From contig CALXXK010000001.1 of the NCBI GenBank assembly GCA_944392675.1, positions 1 through 36,738 of the forward strand: DNA of 36,738 bases, written 5' to 3'. A program made the translations under genes and the position numbers. Under the pieces are notes generated by a model. The model had not been told where the DNA came from and did not search any database. It was given only the letters and a program-made list of their open reading frames with translations. Positions 9,601 to 18,900 of this stretch are shown piece after piece (the first letter of the stretch is position 1; every line of letters begins with the position of its first letter). This stretch comes from an uncultured Clostridia bacterium. Lineage in GTDB: Bacteria; Bacillota; Clostridia; TANB77; CAG-508.

Positions 9601-11447
9601 CCTTGATTTACACTATTCTTAAATTCTTTTTGCTCTCCTCTTAGTTGCATTTCTATCTTTTTCTCTGCTTTATTGTATTGAACTCTCTCTACCTCCATCT
9701 CGTCAGCATACATTTTTTGTATAGATTTTACTTCTATATTTTCTACTTCATCTGGTAGTTTTATTTCTACATACGGATTTTTATATAAATCATATTTATT
9801 ACTATCTGACTTTAATGTAGCTATAATTTGAATATTTTCGTTTTTTTGTAATGTAGAAAAATTAGTATTATTTACTTCAAGTTTTGCTTCTGAAACTGTA
9901 TCTAATAAATTCATATATGAACTTATAGATAGATAATCTTTTAATTTTAGTAGTGTTTCACTTTGCAATTTTGATATGTTCTTAAGGACTTCTTTACCAT
10001 ATCCTGTATCTGATTTTATTGCTTTTTCTAATATAATTTGTATGTTTCCTTGAGTTACTGGCTTACTTAAAATAATTTTTATGTTTTCTATATTATTTAT
10101 TTGTACATTTATATTTCCTGCTTCATCTTCTTGAGAATTTCTATCAATAGTTGATATTGTATTGTTTCCGTAGTCTATTATTGATATATTTGATTCTTGT
10201 CCTAAAATTTCTAATATTTGATTTTTATTAAATTTAATATTTTTATAATATGTACTATTATTTGTAGATAGTTCTTTATTATCATTTGTTATAAATGAAT
10301 TTTTTCCTGTTTCTACTTCTATATTTGAAATATTATCTATGTCTGATATTTCTATGTCTAATTTTTCTTGATATGTTGTTTCATTTCCTACATTTGCATA
10401 TAGATAACCTTTATAATTACTTTCTGTCATTTGTTTTTGTAGTGTAATTATTTCTCCTAATTCTTTTAATTCTACTTCTTTAGTATCTTGTTTTTGTATT
10501 AATTCTTTTGTATATACTCCTAATTCTAATTTTGTATCTAAATTTACTTTATTATTTTCTATACTATTATCATAATTATAAATTATCTTGTATTCGTCTT
10601 TTCCCGTTCCCCAAATAATATTATTTCCTTCTAATTCTATATTTTTTGTTATAATTATTTCTCCATTATTTTCATCATATGAGTAACTATTTTCATTTAG
10701 TTTCTTGCCATTATTTAATACTGCTACTATTTTCATTCCATTGTCTTTATCAGGTACTTTTATAGTTATTTTTTCATTTTTTATTGGTAATATATTATTT
10801 ACTACTTCTACATCTATTCTTTGTTGTAATAATGTTTTTCCATTATCCATTACAAAGTATTTTTCTATATCTTGAGAAAAATTAGTCTCCACATTTTCAG
10901 ACCATATTCCAGCTACTTTTATTTCGCCTTTTACATGTTTTACATCTTGCTCGTCATATTGATATTCTCCTTCTAGTGTTATTGATGTTTGTCTATCAAA
11001 ATAATCTGATGCAATTTTGTCATTTTTCTCAAATTTTATTGGAATATCTAGTTCTACTTGATTTCCATATATTACTTGATTTAAATATATTTTATTATCT
11101 TCAACAGATTTCACATATTTATTGTTTATTTTGTCTTTTGCAATAGTAAAATTCGGATTATTTATTACTATTACTGCATTATTTAGTGAACCTGTATCTC
11201 TTATATTTAAATTAATATACAGATTATCTCCATTTAAAATTGACATAGTTTTGCTATGTTTATTATTACCATTTTCTTTGAAATAGGCATTAAATTCAAT
11301 ATTAGTATCACTTATTCTATATTCTTGATTTTCTAAATTTTCGTATATAGCAATTGATAGCCCTCTACCAACTTCAAAAAAGTTAATGCTTATCATTGCA
11401 AACATTAAACCAATACTAATTATTGTCCTTAATATCCTTCGTCTCAT
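6603..11447 (-). CDS. Giant cell-wall-anchored repeat protein (1614 aa). It has an N-terminal TM/signal, many beta-sandwich (DUF11/CARDB-like) modules, a C-terminal SdrD-B-like domain and an SISTG sorting signal.
   Basis: RBS GGGAGG lies 8 nt upstream of the ATG. DUF11-like signatures include GQTVKHIITLTNNTGKDLTNFSVVG and VKEGDEIQFVANIRNTSNIEADLLIEDNV. The SdrD-B-like stretch is LSGIAWIDSNKNGIRDD..GMTVLLFD..TDQNGFYKFDNLTGNSYMVGFEY. The tail is SISTG plus a hydrophobic stretch plus KRRKEV (6606-6707). It is co-linear and homologous with 15953-20839. Confidence 0.85.
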   Translation of the reverse strand: MRRRILRTIISIGLMFAMISINFFEVGRGLSIAIYENLENQEYRISDTNIEFNAYFKENGNNKHSKTMSILNGDNLYINLNIRDTGSLNNAVIVINNPNFTIAKDKINNKYVKSVEDNKIYLNQVIYGNQVELDIPIKFEKNDKIASDYFDRQTSITLEGEYQYDEQDVKHVKGEIKVAGIWSENVETNFSQDIEKYFVMDNGKTLLQQRIDVEVVNNILPIKNEKITIKVPDKDNGMKIVAVLNNGKKLNENSYSYDENNGEIIITKNIELEGNNIIWGTGKDEYKIIYNYDNSIENNKVNLDTKLELGVYTKELIQKQDTKEVELKELGEIITLQKQMTESNYKGYLYANVGNETTYQEKLDIEISDIDNISNIEVETGKNSFITNDNKELSTNNSTYYKNIKFNKNQILEILGQESNISIIDYGNNTISTIDRNSQEDEAGNINVQINNIENIKIILSKPVTQGNIQIILEKAIKSDTGYGKEVLKNISKLQSETLLKLKDYLSISSYMNLLDTVSEAKLEVNNTNFSTLQKNENIQIIATLKSDSNKYDLYKNPYVEIKLPDEVENIEVKSIQKMYADEMEVERVQYNKAEKKIEMQLRGEQKEFKNSVNQGIQIIISANITLNKLTPTKNSVITLKYTNENRNNEENTVNADIKMNSKYGVLMYGMMNGYNEQSEQIETLSQKAVTGKLDTNAQRKEANVTTAVINNYETDINNVIIVGKIDTTNESDEFKSTIQTKLLGQIQTNYPDAKVLYATENISIDSEQWYENVEDLSQVKMFKISIPTLRPSEVINVSYKIEIPENVQNDETYFQITRLQYEYNNQEFEDYTTLKLIGDGENSQISPLSIEENVEGIDLKITTISGGKELQDGEEIFEGQTVKHIITLTNNTGKDLTNFSVVGKQQDADGNNNVTFFNMKKEQVPDAVTGNPVIVTNYEEDETLTEKGFKKDVLTNGETVEFEYEFTINKAKNENEVTIGKLEMKADDFELSKDIMQNKIKDAELKLTTKYSKNEEVIFSAGSENSFTYNITNISENTLENITLNLSLTDGVTLRDEYRVNGDNYTYEEFTDNNIKINIKKLDPEETLTLVLDLYVEPIGNGETEKTYDFSCNATINGNQYYSNVISKSDVNRIANFEIVQTASIDGESVKEGDEIQFVANIRNTSNIEADLLIEDNVSSILNVTEAYLMKDGERIADAQYEKDSDTGEGYLSANYLLGAYSEIDLVINAVVGENLYDLEQFENVISAMGGDYYTESNVITYKLQDGINENPSNPSQRLKALSGIAWIDSNKNGIRDDSSVMSGMTVLLFDGATGQLATDENGATIQTTTDQNGFYKFDNLTGNSYMVGFEYDTNKYTVTQYQVQNTDASTNSDVISKVVNINGQDKEIAITNEITISNLEIRNIDAGFYEKNIFDLSLKKTINRITVQNSKSKTVTEYNDATLAKVELKAKELAGTVVTIEYDLKITNEGEIPGQVNEIVDYIPNDLQFDEKSNPDWYLTREGELHNSSLTNTTINPGETQTIKLVLTKTMNENNLGNSINKAEIAKASNDLNIADIDSTYGNNVETEDDMGKAEVIISISTGKVVLAISLSLIVILMIVGGIIYIKRRKEV

Positions 11448-11822
11448 ATGCTTTTCCTCCCTTAATTTACTATATTTATAGTAGAATATTTATACTTATT
11501 TATCAATGGTATTTTTTTGCAAGAATTTATGTTTATCTACGGATAGGGATTTTTAGCTATTTTTTACGTTTTTTTAATAATTTTGTTACACTATTGTTAC
11601 ATTTTTTATTTAACCTTCTATTATTTATTTTTTTATTGTATACATTCTTTGTATTCCTTAAATCCGTTAGCTTTAAAAGCTTTTTTTCAGTTCATAACTT
11701 AGACTAACCCCTGTTATCTGAAAATATATAATTAGATTGTAATATAAGAAACAATAGCGACATGATTTAAATGCTCTATTATTTTAGTTAATTAACATGT
11801 CGCATCTTTGTTCGCGCGCCAA

Positions 11823-11850
11823 ATTTTACGTAATTAAAATCTGTGTACAA
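11823..11850 (-). promoter_or_regulatory. Candidate sigma-A-type promoter for the 11447-1322 bicistron
   Basis: The minus strand reads TTGTAC-16 nt-TAAAAT (-35 at 11845-11850, -10 at 11823-11828). It lies just downstream of the 11891-11919 terminator. If real, the leader is about 370 nt. AT-rich DNA produces such matches by chance. Confidence 0.3.
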
Positions 11851-11890
11851 CTATTTTAATTATAGGATATATAATTCCATATAATTAAAT

Positions 11891-11919
11891 AAAACTGTTG
11901 ACTTTTAATCAACAGTTTT
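11891..11919 (-). terminator. Rho-independent terminator candidate after CDS 11927-15931
   Basis: AAAACTGTTGA-cttttaa-TCAACAGTTTT is an 11-bp perfect stem starting 8 nt past the stop codon. It is followed on the minus strand by a T/A-rich tail (ATTTAATTAT). Confidence 0.55.
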
Positions 11920-11926
11920 ATTTATG

Positions 11927-14900
11927 TTATTTATTTAAGACTTTTCTCTTTATGATAATTATTCCTACAACTCCGACTGCTAATGCTCCTACTACTATAC
12001 CAATAATCATTCCGAAATTTCTATTTTGTCCTGTTGGTGGTGTTACAATTACTGGTGGTGATTGGTCGTCATCTATTTCATCTTCACCTTCTGGAACATA
12101 GTTACCTGGTGTTGATGGTATGTCTCTTCCTCCTGTTTTGTTTACTTCTACTAATTCAGTATAGTTCGTTAAATAAATTTCGTCTGCTACTGATAGTATT
12201 TTTGAAACATTTAATGTTACATTTGCATTTTCTGTAGGTTTTAAGTTTTGCTCTGCTAATTTTTCAGTATATAGTATTATGCTGCCTTTTACACTATCTG
12301 TATTATATACTTCTTCTGAAACTAGTTTTAATTGTTGTATTTCTTCTACTGTTTTTTGTTCCCATCCTTGTTCTTCATTATTTTCAGTATCAAAAGCCCA
12401 ACCTTGGTCTAAGTAATCTATAATTCCTGTTGGTGATATTGTTACTAATTTGTTTGGATCTTTATCTGTTCCGTATTTATAGTAATCTTCACTTATATAA
12501 TCTAATTCACTGTTATTTTTAGCTGTTATCTTATATTCTACTTCTAGTAATGATCCTTGCATTAATTCTTTGTCAATTTCTACTCTTACAAATCCTTTGC
12601 TTGTATCTTTAGGTGGTTGTGCTGTAACATGATTAGATTCTTTTATTATATTTCCATTGTCATCAAATTCTGCGTCTTCAATTACTTGTCCATTTGCTAG
12701 AGTAACTTTTAGTTTGCTTACTCTCTTAACTAGTTCTATTTCTTGTCTTGGTCTTTCTACAATACCGAAATCTACATTTTTAATTTCATATACAAGCTCA
12801 TCTCCAGTTGCATCTGTTACTGCCATATCTGTATTTTCTACTGTTATTCCCATTGTTGGTGTAGTAGAATCCATTAATACTTTTGTTGTTTGTGATGAAT
12901 TTGTTATATTTTTTAATTCTTCGTCTATTTCTTGTCTTTGACTGTAATCGTCTACAGCGTCTGTCCATCTAGTGTCTACATCTTTTTTGTACCATTCTTT
13001 GTCTTGTGTATTTTGAGAATATCTGTCTTGGTTATATACTGTTCCTTTATAGTTTTGTACTGTATATGTTTCGTCTCCCCATGTGTATGTTAAAGTATAA
13101 TCTCCTGGAATGAATCCTGCAACAAGGAAGTCTCCGTTTTCATCAGTATTTGATTCGTAAACTTTTCCTGTTCCTGTATTTTCTGTTAATGTGATTTTTA
13201 CTCCTGGTATTCCAAGTTCACCATCTTCATATGCTCCGCTTCCTAATCTTTCTTCTCCTGTTTTTAATTCAGGTGTTGTTCCGTCAAGGAATACTTTACC
13301 CATTAATTTTCTTCCATCTGCTACTTCTAATCTTAATGCTGGAGCTCTATCTGTATCATCTTCAAATGTTGTTGTATCTCCTGGAACTGCATTTCCTGGG
13401 TTAGAATCAACATCTACACCTGCATATACATTTCCTTCTTTATCAAATGTTGAATAAGAATTAATTTCTGCTACATTTTCTAATAGATTATTTTGTCCTG
13501 CACTTGCTCCTTGTTCATCTATTATTCTTGCTACAGCTTCCCTATTTAATTGGAATTGTACATATATTTGTGTTTGTTCTTGTGATGCTATTTTACTATC
13601 TGATAATTCTATAATAGCTTTATTATATTCTGAGCTATATCCTTCATCTATAGTATAATTTAAACTTCCTAAAACATTTCCGCTTTGGTCTATATCTGTT
13701 CCTGCAGCTACTATAGTATAATTTTTATCATAGTAATCAACTACTGAATTTACTTGTGATACAAGGTCTGTAGCTTGATTCTTTAATGTGATTTTATATG
13801 TTATTTTTACTTTTAATTCTCTGTCTGAATTATTGTCTGTATATTCATAGTCTGATTGATATATTGCTCTTGTATATGTCATATTAGAATATTTTTCTCC
13901 AAATTTAACACCTACATTAAATAAATCTTCTCCTCCATTTTGTGCTTCTCTTGTTTTTTGTTCATACATATATGTATGTCCATATCCATTAATTGATAGA
14001 TTTACATTATTTAAATCTTTTACTAATGCTAAATCTGGTTGTTCTCTTTCATATAGTCCTAAATTAATATTCTTTATTTCTTCTTCTCCTACAACATAAT
14101 GATCTATGATGTTATATCCTGTTTGTTCTGTTTCTGCTGTAATTGGATAATTTCCTTTATTTGCTAATGTCAATACCTCGGCATTTTCATCTTCATATGT
14201 TACATTATTTAATTTAGTTTTATATTCTCCAGAATTTTTAGTATATGATAAATCATGTACTTTATTTCCATTTTCATCTTTTGTTATACCTGTATCTGTT
14301 CCTGTACCTTCTATACTGCTAAATCCGTTATTAAATAATGCTCTTGTTTCACTGCTTTCTGCTGCTTTTGAACCATTATCTTTATCTATATATGGTACAA
14401 CATTTGTAAATGTTAATCCATCATATTCAAATTCTATATAGTAATTTGGCAATTCTGCTACTAATACATCCACAAATTGATATGCTCCTTTATCAGCTGT
14501 TGTTGTTTCCATAATAGTATTTCCTGATTTATCTTTTAATCTAACGGTTATTCCATTTAATAATTTATCTCCATAATCAAATTCACCATCATTATATAAA
14601 TCATTTCTTATTGCTTGTTTTTCTGAAATTTTATCTAACCATACATATCCTGAAAGTTTTATGTATTTTTGGATATTTGGTACTTTTAATTCTGATGTTT
14701 TGTCTATTACAACTGAACCTGCTATTCCTTCTGATATTATCTCATATCCATAATTAGGATTTTTAGTTTCATAAGCTACATATGTACCAACTAATAAGTT
14801 TTTAACTGTAAATTCACCATTTTGATCTGTTATAAATTCTGTTGCTTCATCTCTACTAGATACATATGATATAGTTCCATTAGAATTTTGTTTTACATAT

Positions 14901-15931
14901 TCTCCTGTTTCTTTGTTTTGTAAAATAAATCCTACACCCGATAATTTAATTTCAGAATTTTCTACTATTTTTATTACTTTTAAATTTCCTAATAGTGGTA
15001 TATTATAATCAAAATTTTCTTTAATTGTATCATTTTTTGTATATGAATCTCTAGCAATTAAATTTTGTGTACCATTTTGATTTTCTAAAAACCATATTTT
15101 TGCACATTTTACTTCATATTTACAACTTCCTGACATTCCTGTTATTTCTGTTACACCTTTATCTGCTGGTATTAATGCATAAAATGATTTTCCTGATTTG
15201 ATTTCACTAACTTTTGTGTCTACTAATTCTTTTCCTTCGTATCTATTATATATTACTCCACTGATTGCTTTTCCATTTTGATCATATACAGATATATCAC
15301 TTAATTTTCCTGAGAATGTCCATTTAAATGGTCCTACTTTTATATATGATTTTCCATTTTTAGTTACTGTACTAGCTTTTATTTTATCTTTATTTGTGTT
15401 GTCTTCTAAACTTTGATTTTCTTTAATATTTGTAGCATAGTTTTTTGCTTCTGTTATTAGATAGTCATATTGTGATTCTCCAGCATTTCCTACCATAAAT
15501 CCATTAGGTATATTATATTTTTGTCCAACTTTTCTTCCCCATTCTGGAAGATAACTCCATAGTGCATTTGCTACTGGTCCTTCACTTTTGTCTATTCCTT
15601 GTGATTCTGTTCCATTATCTTTTGATAATATATATGCAAATACTCCATTTTCCCATGCTGTTATTTTTTTGTTATCAGCTTGGTTTATTGATTGTAGTCC
15701 TTCTATTGTTACTATTGAATTTACTTTATAATTTACTTTCCAAGCTGGTAAACTCTGACCATGCTGTACACAAAATAGATTAGGATCTGCCACATAATCA
15801 AAATATGACTTAGATAATGTATCTCCAATTTTGTAATTTGTATATGATGCTGCTTTTGATATATTAGCTATAGATAGCATAGCTGTAATTATAATTAGTA
15901 TTAATATAATTTTATTTTTTATCTTTTTCAT
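11927..15931 (-). CDS. Giant cell-wall-anchored adhesin (1334 aa). It has a signal peptide, a Cys-containing thioester-like N-domain, SpaA/Cna-B and SdrD-B-like domains and a TPPTG sorting signal.
   Basis: Signal peptide MKKIKNKIILILIIITAMLSIANISKAAS. RBS AAGGAGGT lies 8 nt upstream. The Cys motif is LFCVQHGQSLP. The Cna-B signature is LSGVGFILQNKETGEY..TDQNGEFTVKNLLVGTYVAYETKNPNYGY. The SdrD-B-like stretch is LSGYVWLDK..GITVRLKDKSGN..TTADKGAYQF. The tail is TPPTG plus a hydrophobic stretch plus KRKVLNK (11930-12043). There are long co-linear matches to 1322-6601, for example EREQPDLALVKD / EREHPDMALVKD and TYKITLKNQATDL / TYKITLKNQSTNL. Confidence 0.85.
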   Translation of the reverse strand: MKKIKNKIILILIIITAMLSIANISKAASYTNYKIGDTLSKSYFDYVADPNLFCVQHGQSLPAWKVNYKVNSIVTIEGLQSINQADNKKITAWENGVFAYILSKDNGTESQGIDKSEGPVANALWSYLPEWGRKVGQKYNIPNGFMVGNAGESQYDYLITEAKNYATNIKENQSLEDNTNKDKIKASTVTKNGKSYIKVGPFKWTFSGKLSDISVYDQNGKAISGVIYNRYEGKELVDTKVSEIKSGKSFYALIPADKGVTEITGMSGSCKYEVKCAKIWFLENQNGTQNLIARDSYTKNDTIKENFDYNIPLLGNLKVIKIVENSEIKLSGVGFILQNKETGEYVKQNSNGTISYVSSRDEATEFITDQNGEFTVKNLLVGTYVAYETKNPNYGYEIISEGIAGSVVIDKTSELKVPNIQKYIKLSGYVWLDKISEKQAIRNDLYNDGEFDYGDKLLNGITVRLKDKSGNTIMETTTADKGAYQFVDVLVAELPNYYIEFEYDGLTFTNVVPYIDKDNGSKAAESSETRALFNNGFSSIEGTGTDTGITKDENGNKVHDLSYTKNSGEYKTKLNNVTYEDENAEVLTLANKGNYPITAETEQTGYNIIDHYVVGEEEIKNINLGLYEREQPDLALVKDLNNVNLSINGYGHTYMYEQKTREAQNGGEDLFNVGVKFGEKYSNMTYTRAIYQSDYEYTDNNSDRELKVKITYKITLKNQATDLVSQVNSVVDYYDKNYTIVAAGTDIDQSGNVLGSLNYTIDEGYSSEYNKAIIELSDSKIASQEQTQIYVQFQLNREAVARIIDEQGASAGQNNLLENVAEINSYSTFDKEGNVYAGVDVDSNPGNAVPGDTTTFEDDTDRAPALRLEVADGRKLMGKVFLDGTTPELKTGEERLGSGAYEDGELGIPGVKITLTENTGTGKVYESNTDENGDFLVAGFIPGDYTLTYTWGDETYTVQNYKGTVYNQDRYSQNTQDKEWYKKDVDTRWTDAVDDYSQRQEIDEELKNITNSSQTTKVLMDSTTPTMGITVENTDMAVTDATGDELVYEIKNVDFGIVERPRQEIELVKRVSKLKVTLANGQVIEDAEFDDNGNIIKESNHVTAQPPKDTSKGFVRVEIDKELMQGSLLEVEYKITAKNNSELDYISEDYYKYGTDKDPNKLVTISPTGIIDYLDQGWAFDTENNEEQGWEQKTVEEIQQLKLVSEEVYNTDSVKGSIILYTEKLAEQNLKPTENANVTLNVSKILSVADEIYLTNYTELVEVNKTGGRDIPSTPGNYVPEGEDEIDDDQSPPVIVTPPTGQNRNFGMIIGIVVGALAVGVVGIIIIKRKVLNK

Positions 15932-15952
15932 TAAAATTTACCTCCTTTCTTC

Positions 15953-18900
15953 CTATATTTCATCTATTTTTATATTATTCTTTTTTCTTATAACTACAAG
16001 TGCTACTATTGATAACATTACAACTATTATTATAGCAATTCCAACATATACAACTCCACCTGTTTTTATACTTAGAATAACATCTGCATAGTCCATATCA
16101 TTTTCGCCTTGAACTTTATTTCCTGGTGTTGAGTTTATATCACCAACGCCTAATTCATTATATGCTTCTGCTATTTCTGCTGTATTATTTACACGTCCTG
16201 TATTATTTTCTGTCATTGTTTTTGTTAGTGTTAATGTCAATGTTTTTGTTTCACCTGCTGCTATTTTATCATTTGCTATACTTGAATTATATAATACTCC
16301 GTCTTGTTGATACCAATCTTTGTTCATTTCTGAACTAAATTGAAGATCATTTGGTAAGTAGTCTGCTATTTTTCTAGCATATCCTTCTACTTCTCCTTCA
16401 TTTTTTACATTTATTTTATATTCTATTATTACTGTTGTTCCTTTTAATTGTTTTGCATCTATTTCTACTTTTGCTAATTTTTCATTATTAAATTCTTTAA
16501 CTGTTGTTCCTGCTGAATTTTGTAATATAATTTTGTTCACATATTTTTCTAATTTTAAATCAAATGTTTTTAATTCAATTAGTCCTATATCAATATCTGA
16601 AATATTATTATTATTCATTGTTATTATATCTGTTCCTGTTACTTGTTTAGTATTTCCTTCTATATTTAATTCTGTTGTCATTGCATCTGAATTTTTAGTT
16701 TCATCTGCTCCTTCTACTTTATATTTAGTAACTGCATATTGTGATGTATTATATTCAAATATTACAATATATTGTCCATTTGCTATATTGTCTAAAACAT
16801 ACATACCTTGTGCATTTGTTGTGGTTTCAAGTGTTTTTCCTGATTTGTCTTTTACTAAATTATTTGTTTGAGTATTTAATAATTTTACTTTTACATTATC
16901 TAATGTTTTTTCATTATCATCTTTTATTCCATTTGCATTTTCATCAAACCAAGCTAATCCACTAATCATTCTTGATCCTTGTGCGATGTCATTATTTTCT
17001 GTATTGTTATCATTATTTTCGTCGTTTCCTGTATTATTATTGCTGTCTCCTGATTGTGTTTCTTCTATTATATGATTTATAGTATCTGTTCCTGCCATTG
17101 TTTCTCCAGCAATTTCTACATATGCTTTATTTGAAATTGCTTCTGCTTCTTCTCTATCATCTGCTTCGTTAACAATTGTTTGTATTTTTACTTCACAACT
17201 ACCATTTGCCATTATGCTTAATCTTATTTCTACTTGATTTGTTTCTATTCCTTCAACAGGTTGTCCATCTACTGTTACATTAGTTATTGTTAATTGTTCT
17301 GGAATAGTATCTTTTAGAACTACATTTTCTGCTCTACTTTCTGAACTATTATTTACTACTATTGTATATTCTATTATGTCTCCTGCTTTTACATATGAAC
17401 TTTGTGTATTTGATGTCATTGACATTGTAATATTATAGTTACTTATATTATCTGTCCAAACATTAGATTTATATTCTTTAGAAGCTTCGTCTTTAGCTAT
17501 TACATATAATTTAGCTTCATTATTTTTTGTTGTGCTTATATCCATACTATATGATAATACTTTTACTTCTCCTGGTTCTAATGAACCTATATTTACTTCT
17601 TGAGCATATTGCATTTCTTCTGATTGCATATTTTCATTAACATTTTCTTTTTGTATTTCATCTTCTGGATTAAATACTCCTTCAGTTCCATCTGCAATTA
17701 TTTCATCATCTGACACTTCTTGACTTCCCATTCCTGTATGTAATGTTAATTTTTCTACTTGTAAGTTATCTGATATATTTGTTTCTACTTTTACATTTTC
17801 TTGTTTAGCGTCTGAAATATTTTCTATAATTGCATAATATTGAACTGCTCCATTTCCATATAAATTTATACTTCTATCTGTAACTCTTTTTACACTTACT
17901 CTTAGATTTCCTTTTTCTGTTGTTGTCTGTACTTCATTAGAATCGTTTATTGCTTCTCCATATTTTGTTTCTATTGAATTTGTAAGTGTTGTATTTTCAG
18001 CTGTATCTGAATTTACTCTTACTTCATATTCTACAATTGCTTTTTCACCAACCGCTATTTTTTCTATTGTTTTTGCGAATTTATCTGTTTCTATTTCTTT
18101 GTAATATGATGAACCTGTATATTCATAATTTGGTTCTGGTTCTACTAATGTTGTTCCTTCAGGTATTTGTCCTGTTACTACTGCATTTTGTACTTCTTCT
18201 GAACCTGTATTAGCAATTTCTATATGATATTTTATAACTTCTCCATTTTTTACTTTTGTATCTGAAGTTACATTTTCATTTCCTATTGTTGCACTTAATG
18301 TTGTTTCTATTTTTGGTCCTACTCCTGTATCCATTTCGATATCTGTTGATTCGATTGTATTTGATACATTTGTTGCACTATTAGTGTAACTTACGTCATA
18401 TCCTTCTGTTGCTTTTTGGTTATATTCAAGGTTTTCTGGAACTTTTATACTATAAGTACCTACTATACTTTGTTGTGGTTCTAGATTATTATTATATTCT
18501 ATTAAGTATTTTTTACTATTTTGAGTTGCATCTTGCGTCCATCCATTTTCAGTGTTTTGTAAGTCATTTGTTGCATTTTCATTATCTGAATAATAAATTG
18601 TTGCATTTTCCATGTTTATTCTAGTTGCTAGTTTTGCTCCTAAGTTGTTTGATTCACTATCAGTAGGAAATGTTCCTAATACTTTCATATTATTTATTGG
18701 TTCTGGATTATTATTAATTATCTCTAATTCTACTTCTAATTGTTTTCCATCTTCACCTTTTCCCATTGATATTGTTTGTGTTTTTTCTTGCCCTACTGTT
18801 TCTATTCCTAAGTCTTTAATGCTATTTATTGCTGTTACATCTGTAGGTGCTACAATTTGTATATCTTTAGAAGCTGTACCTACTTCTTCTCTATTTATAT

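Noticed and set aside
11423-11707. A 94-aa plus-strand ORF in the leader between the two adhesin modules.
   Set aside because: Its composition is F/L/I/Y-rich. It overlaps the start codon of the 6603-11447 CDS on the opposite strand. It has no RBS and no recognisable motif, so it is most likely a non-coding leader.
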